Virus record (IMG/VR): IMGVR_UViG_3300023210_000044
Location: 1 to 52,701 of that record
DNA from: a virus
Lineage: Duplodnaviria; Caudoviricetes
DNA: 52,701 nucleotides
Reading direction: 5' to 3' (one strand)
The notes under the pieces are model-generated. The model did no database searches. It had not been told where the DNA came from and saw only the letters and a list, made by a program, of their open reading frames with translations. The first letter of the stretch is position 1. Each line of letters begins with the position of its first letter. The translations under genes were made by a program, and so were the position numbers. This document shows, piece by piece, positions 46,485-52,701 of the stretch.

Positions 46485-48248
46485 TTGACCTACAAGGATG
46501 GTACGTCAATATTTTTTAACACACTGTTCCCCCAGCTTCCAGAGCATGGGCGTATTCTCATATGGCGTACACCCGGCAGGTTGAGTGACTTTTGTTCTAA
46601 CGCCGACGACGCAGCCGCCACGGCTGACAAGGTTGGCAAAACCCATGATGCCTACTTCTCTTGTGGCATTCAACCGGACCACCTCAAGCGAGCACAGCGA
46701 GCCAAGTCCGATCAGGTCTTAGGGATCACATCCTTCTGGGCTGACATGGACTTCGCAGGTGAGGGCCATGCCGAGGGTAGTAAGTACCCACCAAACTATG
46801 ACGCATGCATGACGATCCTCGACGTCGAGCTTGGTATCAAGCCAAGCATGATCGTGCATTCAGGCAATGGCATCCATGCCTACTGGATCCTCGACGAGCC
46901 ATGGATCTTCAAGGACGATGCCGACCGAGACAAAGCCGCCAGCCTAATGAAGCAGTGGCAAAAGAACCTGCAGCGTTTGTGCGGATTGAATGGCTGGTCA
47001 ATGGACAGCACGTTCGATCTAGGCCGAGTGCTTCGACCCGCAGGCACGTTCAATCGCAAGGACAAGAAGAACCCCAAGCCAATATCAATCAGGGAGCTCA
47101 ACGAGTACAGGTACCCCGTTGACGCACTTGAAAGTATCCTACCTCCCGAAGATGAAGAGCCTCGCCTACCTGTCGCTGATAAGACAGCGGCGGTGACGAT
47201 GGAAGACGCGCCTAACTTCAAGGCTAATGATCCCTTCGATCTCCTGCCTGACATCGTCAAAGAGTACGTGACTACCGACAGTGGCACCAAGCAGTGGTGG
47301 AACCGGCAGCGTCACGACATGAGCAACACCACACCATCGTCGTACGACATGGTGGTCTGCAACATCGGTCTCTACAACGGGTGGAGCGACGGTGACATTG
47401 CCAAGGCGATGTTCGCATGGCGCACCCGGTACAACGAGAAGCCAGATAAGATCTACGAGAGAGATGACTACGTTAAGCGCACGCTGGATGGAGCCAAGGC
47501 GACGTTCAAGTTCAACAGACCTGAAGCTAAGACTGGTGATGTGGTTGACAAAGTAGTTAGCAACAACGGTCACGACAAGCCTGACCCGTTGGCCATCAGC
47601 AAGCAGGTGATTAGCGATGGCCTGCATGGGCCAAAGTGTGTCGGCGTCGTGCAGTACAGGATCAGCAACACCGTCCACAACTATCACATGCTCGTGCGAT
47701 GGGAAGACAATACCGTCAGCGACATTGACATGGGTGGTAGTGACACAGTGAGGAGCAACGCCAAGTTATCTTCACGCCTATGGGACGAGAACATTGAGCT
47801 GGATGTAGACAAGAAAGACTGGCCACGATTCCTTGCAGCGATACGCATCGTTGCCGAGGTGGTTGAGTCGGACGAGGTAAGAGATACATTCATCACCAAG
47901 AAATACATCAAGGCATACTTCAAGAGCCGGTCCATGCTTGTTGATCAAGACGCATGGTTCAATGCATACCAACGCAACGATCCGTTCGTGCGTGACGGTA
48001 ACATCTACATCGACTCCGAACACTTCCGCACGTTCGCCTACTCCAAGTACAAGGTAGCGGTCAGCGATGGCGAGATGCGTAAGAGACTGATGCGTGTTGG
48101 CTTCCGAGAGGTGGTGCTTGACGTGCCCGAACCTTACGACACCAAGTGGACAGTGCTTCGCCTTGACTTGCCTAAGGCATACGGCGAACAGTACCTCAGC
48201 GAGGCGAAGCTCTACCCTACAAAGCTTTTGGAAACTAGCCAAAGCTGA
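46485..48248 (+). CDS. AEP/RepB-like primase
   Basis: FWADMD, HSGNGIHAYW and RVLRPAGTFN motifs; TTG start at 46485 after GGGAG. Confidence 0.85.
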   Translation: MTYKDGTSIFFNTLFPQLPEHGRILIWRTPGRLSDFCSNADDAAATADKVGKTHDAYFSCGIQPDHLKRAQRAKSDQVLGITSFWADMDFAGEGHAEGSKYPPNYDACMTILDVELGIKPSMIVHSGNGIHAYWILDEPWIFKDDADRDKAASLMKQWQKNLQRLCGLNGWSMDSTFDLGRVLRPAGTFNRKDKKNPKPISIRELNEYRYPVDALESILPPEDEEPRLPVADKTAAVTMEDAPNFKANDPFDLLPDIVKEYVTTDSGTKQWWNRQRHDMSNTTPSSYDMVVCNIGLYNGWSDGDIAKAMFAWRTRYNEKPDKIYERDDYVKRTLDGAKATFKFNRPEAKTGDVVDKVVSNNGHDKPDPLAISKQVISDGLHGPKCVGVVQYRISNTVHNYHMLVRWEDNTVSDIDMGGSDTVRSNAKLSSRLWDENIELDVDKKDWPRFLAAIRIVAEVVESDEVRDTFITKKYIKAYFKSRSMLVDQDAWFNAYQRNDPFVRDGNIYIDSEHFRTFAYSKYKVAVSDGEMRKRLMRVGFREVVLDVPEPYDTKWTVLRLDLPKAYGEQYLSEAKLYPTKLLETSQS

Positions 48249-48276
48249 AATTTTTTTGAGTCAAATTTCCCGGTGC

Positions 48277-48305
48277 TTGACTGCTAACGGCAGGCACAAT
48301 AGGAT
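48277..48305 (+). promoter_or_regulatory. Promoter with operator
   Basis: TTGACT-17-TAGGAT with CTGCt-aac-GGCAG. Confidence 0.75.
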
Positions 48306-48311
48306 GCAACA

Positions 48312-48548
48312 ATGGACAAAGATCTTATTGACGATGAAACACTTTTGGCTGATGGATTTGAAGACGCCCTCATCGGCGTGACCTGCGGCATTCACCCACA
48401 AGAAGAGTGTGCTGTCTACAGCAGGAACAAGTGTATTGAAGTCTTGATGCGTGACATGTCTTACGAAGACGCTGTTGAATACTTCGAGTTCAATGTTTGC
48501 AATGCCTACGTCGGTGAAAGAACACCAATCTTTATACAGGATGCATGA
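48312..48548 (+). CDS. Small conserved-type phage hypothetical protein
   Basis: ADGFEDALIG...AVY...EYFEFNV..AYVGERTP pattern that I recall from aquatic phages. Confidence 0.8.
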   Translation: MDKDLIDDETLLADGFEDALIGVTCGIHPQEECAVYSRNKCIEVLMRDMSYEDAVEYFEFNVCNAYVGERTPIFIQDA

Positions 48549-50257
48549 TGAAATACAAAGGGCACTACACTGTCATCGGCCCGCCCGGGACAGGCAAGAC
48601 AACTTGGATCGCATCGCAGATTAAAAAGATCTGCGACGAATCACTTGGTGGATCTTTCCAAAACCAAAGCCCTGTCTTGGTATGCTCGCTGACCAAGGCC
48701 GCCGCAGCTGAAGCCGCCGGTCGTGACCTGCCGCTACCACCCGAGGCTGTTGCCACGATGCACGCCCATGGGTTCCGAACCATGGACGGGGTTGTCCTGA
48801 TCACCGGCAAGATGATCAAGGAAGTTTTCAACGCAGACAACCCCGGCTTCGCCATCACGCCTGAAGACGTACAAGTTGACGACGAGCTGGGCCCTACCGA
48901 ATCGACCGGCGAGCAGAGCATCGGCGATCGCTGGGCTAGTGACTACCACCTGCTGCGACATTGCATGACACCGCGAGACCAGTGGCCACCAGCTACCGCA
49001 GCATGGGCTCGCAAGTGGGAGCAATTCAAAGAGTCCCAAAACGCCATCGACTTCACTGACATGATTGAGTACGCCAGTGAAGAGCCGCCCTTCAATCCGA
49101 AGATCATCATCTGCGACGAAGCCCAAGACATGTCAGCACTAGAGATGTGGAAGCTCAAACAGTGGGGTGATGCCGCTGGCGCACTGATCACGGTTGGCGA
49201 TCCATGGCAAGCACTCTACGTTTGGCGCGGAGCCCAGCCCGACAGCCTGCTCAATGACCTACATGAAAACCCTGAGCACTTTAAGATCCTCAAGCAGAGC
49301 TGGCGGATCCCCGCCGCCGTTCACGAGGTCGCAACTAACTGGATCAAGAAGCTGTCCACCTACGAAGAGATTGAATACCTGCCCAAGGTGGGCGATCCCG
49401 GCCACGTTGAGCAACTGTCAATGAGCCGGTACACCGCACCCAAGGAGATGCTCTATCACGTCATGGATCAGGTTGACCAAGGGAAAACCTGTATGCTGCA
49501 GCTCACCTGCAACCACATGGCGGGCGTCCTCTGCCACTACCTCCGGGAAGAGGGTATCCCCTTCTCTAATCCATGGCGTAAGCACAACCACCGCTGGAAC
49601 CCTCTCGCTGAGCGTAAGGGCATCTCCATGAGTCAGCGGGTCACCGCATTACTTAAGGCAGCGAGGCCCGTACACGGCGAGGATCGCCGCATGTGGGATC
49701 TCACAGACATCTTCTACTGGGCCAATGCCATGAAGGTGGGCGGGATGTTCCAACGTGGGGCCAAGAAGAAGATGGCCGAGATGGCAACCCAGTACCCCAA
49801 CGCACGGTTCGAGACAGAGCATCGTGGCGCGTGGTTCCTTGAGGATAGCCTGACTGAGCAGTCCAACTTCGGTAAGATCTGGAGCTGGTTTGAACGCACC
49901 GATCGCGGCGAGGATCTCCCCGTCAGCATGCTGCTGGACATCTGGATCGCAGGACTTGACGCTTCACACGCCAAGGCAGCCAAGTACATCCGTGATGTGG
50001 TTGTGAAGCAAGGTGCCGAACACCTGACCAAGGAACCACAGATCTATGTTGGTACAATCCATTCGTTCAAAGGTGGCGAGGCGGACGTGGTCTATCTCTG
50101 GCCTGACATCTCCCCGCGATCGATGGACGGGTACTGCCAAGGCGGTGGCGAAGAGCATGACAGCGTGATCAGAGCGTTCTATGTCGGCATCACCCGGGCA
50201 AAGCAGAGCCTTTACTTGTGCGAAGGCAGCAATGCCAATGCAGTGGAGATCCTGTGA
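48545..50257 (+). CDS. UvrD/Rep SF1 helicase
   Basis: GPPGTGKT, DEAQD, VGDPWQALY, QSWR, TIHSFKGGE and YVGITRA motifs. Confidence 0.93.
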   Translation: MMKYKGHYTVIGPPGTGKTTWIASQIKKICDESLGGSFQNQSPVLVCSLTKAAAAEAAGRDLPLPPEAVATMHAHGFRTMDGVVLITGKMIKEVFNADNPGFAITPEDVQVDDELGPTESTGEQSIGDRWASDYHLLRHCMTPRDQWPPATAAWARKWEQFKESQNAIDFTDMIEYASEEPPFNPKIIICDEAQDMSALEMWKLKQWGDAAGALITVGDPWQALYVWRGAQPDSLLNDLHENPEHFKILKQSWRIPAAVHEVATNWIKKLSTYEEIEYLPKVGDPGHVEQLSMSRYTAPKEMLYHVMDQVDQGKTCMLQLTCNHMAGVLCHYLREEGIPFSNPWRKHNHRWNPLAERKGISMSQRVTALLKAARPVHGEDRRMWDLTDIFYWANAMKVGGMFQRGAKKKMAEMATQYPNARFETEHRGAWFLEDSLTEQSNFGKIWSWFERTDRGEDLPVSMLLDIWIAGLDASHAKAAKYIRDVVVKQGAEHLTKEPQIYVGTIHSFKGGEADVVYLWPDISPRSMDGYCQGGGEEHDSVIRAFYVGITRAKQSLYLCEGSNANAVEIL

Positions 50258-50898
50258 ACCAATACTACCACGACACAAAGGACATCCGTAATGTTATTGA
50301 AACGTATTACCCAAAAGGTTATTTCGATCGCGAGATGGCTGACATATACGAAGTCATCTACTCCAAGCACATTAGCCGGGCCGCAATTGGTAAGCATCGT
50401 CGTGCAATGGGGCTCAAAGCGAATCGTGATGCAGTGGGGAACCAGAGATATCGCGAGCTGCGATCTCGACTCTCTCGCGAAACGCTTGAACAAATGGGAG
50501 AGCTCGCTCTGGTTGATGTACGCAGGCAATCTCGAAGGCTTAAAGCATTACGCACCTATGGTTGGATCGATGCTGAAACAGAGCGTGAAGCTAGGCTACT
50601 CGACCTTATGCACGCTCACCCTGAAGGGATCACAAGAGAGCAAGCCGCTACCTCACTTGGCTACTCAGTGGGCCGCAACGCTAAGAAGAACTCGGCTATC
50701 GACAAGTCCATCTATGCCCTCGTCAATCGCGGGGTGGTACTGCGAGGAAGACGAGTTACCACTAAAAGAGTGCTTGGACAGGGCCGAGGCAGAAGCATCA
50801 CGCAGAGGCTTTACAAGCTGGCACCAAACATAAAGAAGAAATATGCCAACCGAAAAGAACTTAACCAATACGGTGATGAAGTATCTCAAGACGCTTGA
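50254..50898 (+). CDS. Basic protein with possible HTH/wHTH domains
   Basis: GTG start coupled to the helicase stop; GITREQAATSLGY...IYALVNRG. Confidence 0.55.
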   Translation: MNQYYHDTKDIRNVIETYYPKGYFDREMADIYEVIYSKHISRAAIGKHRRAMGLKANRDAVGNQRYRELRSRLSRETLEQMGELALVDVRRQSRRLKALRTYGWIDAETEREARLLDLMHAHPEGITREQAATSLGYSVGRNAKKNSAIDKSIYALVNRGVVLRGRRVTTKRVLGQGRGRSITQRLYKLAPNIKKKYANRKELNQYGDEVSQDA

Positions 50899-51154
50899 CC
50901 ACAGCTGGTGGTTCAAGGTTCACGGCTCCCCGCTCCAGACCGCTGGCGTGCCGGATATCATTGGCTGTATGCACGGCCAGTTCATCGGCTTCGAGCTAAA
51001 GGTAGGCAACAACAAGACCAGCAAGATCCAAGACTATGTCATCCAAAAGATACGCGAGGGTGGCGGTGCAGTGTGCATCGCATACTCCAAGAAAGAAGTC
51101 GTCGCCTTCATCACCGCACATCAAAGCATCTTCAAACCAAAGGTCACCCCATGA
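50843..51154 (+). CDS. VRR-NUC / PD-(D/E)xK nuclease (resolvase-like)
   Basis: GVPDII...FIGFELKV...Q...I...GG. Confidence 0.9.
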   Translation: MPTEKNLTNTVMKYLKTLDHSWWFKVHGSPLQTAGVPDIIGCMHGQFIGFELKVGNNKTSKIQDYVIQKIREGGGAVCIAYSKKEVVAFITAHQSIFKPKVTP

Positions 51155-51777
51155 TTTACGATGGAACACTTAACGAAGAAATGATTATCAAGCGAGCAAG
51201 CCAAGTTGAGAACCTGTTCAGGTTCATCGACGGCGAGTTCCATAACACCAATCATCTGGATGAAGAAGAGAGGGAAGGGCTCACCTACATGAACCCTTGG
51301 CGAAACATCCCCGACAAGAGATACGAGCCATTCACCGAAGACCGGATCACCAACATGGTGTGCGAGCTGCACAGCACCATTAGTAATGACGCGGTGACGA
51401 AAGCTGTCCGCAAGGAGTACCGCGACCGGGTCGGGCACGGCCTCAAGAAGTACGGCACCACTGTCCAAGGTAACCCCCTACTGGCTGACCAGTGGGCTCG
51501 CCACCACTACGAAGAACTTCTCGATGCCTCGGTCTACACCGCCAGACGCATCAGTGACATGCGAATAGCTGGCGTAAGTGTGGATAACCACAACTTCCAG
51601 TGGCTGTGCAATCACCTGATGAGCCTGACCTACGATGTTCGAGTCGTGCGGAACCAGATGAAAGAGATCGAGTTCAACATGCTGCAGGCAGACCTGCGAG
51701 CCAATGTCGCTAAGGGTATTATCAACACCAAGACCCCGGGCAAAGGATTTATGCTGGGTGGCCTAGATAGCCCTTGA
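51151..51777 (+). CDS. Protein with an all-alpha NTP-pyrophosphatase (MazG-like) motif
   Basis: R...GLKKYG...W..H.YEELLDASVY; ATGA overlap sets the start at 51151. Confidence 0.55.
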   Translation: MIYDGTLNEEMIIKRASQVENLFRFIDGEFHNTNHLDEEEREGLTYMNPWRNIPDKRYEPFTEDRITNMVCELHSTISNDAVTKAVRKEYRDRVGHGLKKYGTTVQGNPLLADQWARHHYEELLDASVYTARRISDMRIAGVSVDNHNFQWLCNHLMSLTYDVRVVRNQMKEIEFNMLQADLRANVAKGIINTKTPGKGFMLGGLDSP

Positions 51778-51803
51778 CAGGCGAGCGGCAGGCAGGATAC
51801 AAT
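51774..51803 (+). promoter_or_regulatory. Promoter for lysis-like genes
   Basis: TTGACA-18-TACAAT with two GGCAG half-sites. Confidence 0.6.
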
Positions 51804-51809
51804 CTAGCC

Positions 51810-52181
51810 ATGCACGTCATCCACACTCAACGGCCCCTCATTCTCGCCCTAATGCTCTTCGCTTTGACCGGCTGCAACATGACTCCGCATTCACAGTGGG
51901 CGACCCAGCGGGACATCTTGACGACCTCCCAGAACGCGATCATGACGATGCACACCGCCAATCTCATCAATGATGACGACGTCAAAAAGATACAGCCCTA
52001 CCTGCTAGTTGCTCGCGAGCATCTTAAACTTGCCAAGGAGGAGCTACCCGCTGGCCTCAATTCAGCCTTCATGGACAAGACTATATTCGACAGGTACATG
52101 AAGCATGCGATGAATGCTATCTTGACGGTCGATCAATTCCTAGCCGAGAGACAAAGTAATGGACCCAGCATCAGTAACTAA
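51810..52181 (+). CDS. Lipoprotein
   Basis: Signal peptide with lipobox LTGC. Confidence 0.75.
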   Translation: MHVIHTQRPLILALMLFALTGCNMTPHSQWATQRDILTTSQNAIMTMHTANLINDDDVKKIQPYLLVAREHLKLAKEELPAGLNSAFMDKTIFDRYMKHAMNAILTVDQFLAERQSNGPSISN

Positions 52182-52359
52182 AAGCCTTATCCTCTTCGCT
52201 AAAATTGGCGGGGACATTAGCAATGCAGCAATTCAATTCGCATCTATCGTCAAGGCGAAGGGCGCGATCACCGAAAATCAATGGCGGGAAGTCGTCACCG
52301 CCGCAGACTTGTCAGACAAAACATTCGACGACTGGTTTAACAAGAACATAAAAAAATGA
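52159..52359 (+). CDS. Hypothetical protein
   Basis: Overlaps both neighbours. Confidence 0.65.
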   Translation: MDPASVTKSLILFAKIGGDISNAAIQFASIVKAKGAITENQWREVVTAADLSDKTFDDWFNKNIKK

Positions 52360-52553
52360 AATCAACCAAGACTACTGTCGCTGGCATGATCGCCATCGTA
52401 ATCGCCATCCTCGTCGCTGTCTCAGCTATGATTGATGACAACCCTGCCACGGTCGCTGATTGGGGTGCGGTTGGCACATCGATCTCTGTTGGTGTCGGCC
52501 TCCTTCTCGCTCGCGACAATGACAAGTCCAGCGAAGACGTCGGTAATAAATAA
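52356..52553 (+). CDS. Holin-like two-TM protein
   Basis: 65 aa, two hydrophobic helices and a charged C-terminus. Confidence 0.6.
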   Translation: MKSTKTTVAGMIAIVIAILVAVSAMIDDNPATVADWGAVGTSISVGVGLLLARDNDKSSEDVGNK

Positions 52554-52578
52554 AGCAACACCCAGCGAGAACCACACC

Positions 52579-52662
52579 ATGGGCGACAAGATGTTTGAGT
52601 ACTGGATCAACTCGATCCTGTCTGCACCTATCACCCACATCCGCAATGTTGTGGGTAACACC
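52579..52662 (+). repeat. 84-nt copy (83/84 identical) of 41700-41783 from the giant gene
   Basis: Direct sequence comparison; the single mismatch is at 52583. Confidence 0.95.
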
Positions 52663-52687
52663 GTTACTCTTTCGGTGTGGTTTTTTT
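52658..52687 (+). terminator. Intrinsic terminator (apparently split by the 84-nt insert)
   Basis: acaccg/cggtgt stem followed by gg and T7. Confidence 0.65.
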
Positions 52688-52701
52688 ATGCTTGTTGGGC
52701 C

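Larger units (their letters stand above)
1..52701. mobile_element. Tailed dsDNA bacteriophage genome (near-complete or complete)
   Basis: Terminase, portal, scaffold, capsid, tail/adaptor, replication and holin-like genes occur in typical phage modules; no host housekeeping genes are seen. Confidence 0.95.

Noticed and set aside
6520-50833. Numerous antisense or alternate-frame ORFs inside long genes (e.g. 8439-9167, 22940-23680, 36009-36725, 50291-50833)
   Set aside because: These are shadow ORFs expected from GC-rich codon bias and show no motifs.
41700-52662. Diversity-generating retroelement TR/VR pair
   Set aside because: No reverse transcriptase is present, and the only difference between the copies is C/G, not adenine-specific.
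1-52701. tRNA or rRNA genes
   Set aside because: No cloverleaf with T-loop/D-loop consensus was seen in the intergenic gaps by eye; tRNAscan was not run.

Overview
The window looks like most or all of a ~52.7-kb tailed dsDNA phage genome. No tape-measure or sheath gene is recognisable, so it may be podovirus-like. Layout: (1) 1-2830 is a leftward array of small ORFs, six of them preceded by the same 62-bp element with an invariant 11-6-11 palindromic core and a Shine-Dalgarno; two sub-arrays each begin with a structured leader and a duplicated gene. (2) 2936-6441 holds a terS-like gene, small genes, a candidate ncRNA and a leftward operon with a minimal tyrosine recombinase and a thermonuclease. 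(3) 6507-27423 covers packaging, head and tail genes, with two glycosyltransferases among them. (4) 27428-43541 has a probable ejection protein with a -1 frameshift signal and a 4693-aa polyvalent protein whose kinase, Nudix, ADP-ribosyltransferase-like and unknown domains are delimited by ten (Y/H)N(V/I/T)(D/R)(L/I) motifs. (5) 43618-52553 covers replication/recombination (SNF2 helicase, AEP primase, UvrD, VRR-NUC) and lysis-like genes. The best candidate new system is the repeat-bounded gene-cassette array, possibly acted on by the nearby recombinase. Other notable signals are a shared promoter/operator motif and an 84-nt copy of the giant gene inserted in a terminator. All protein calls come from motifs read by eye; no database search was run.
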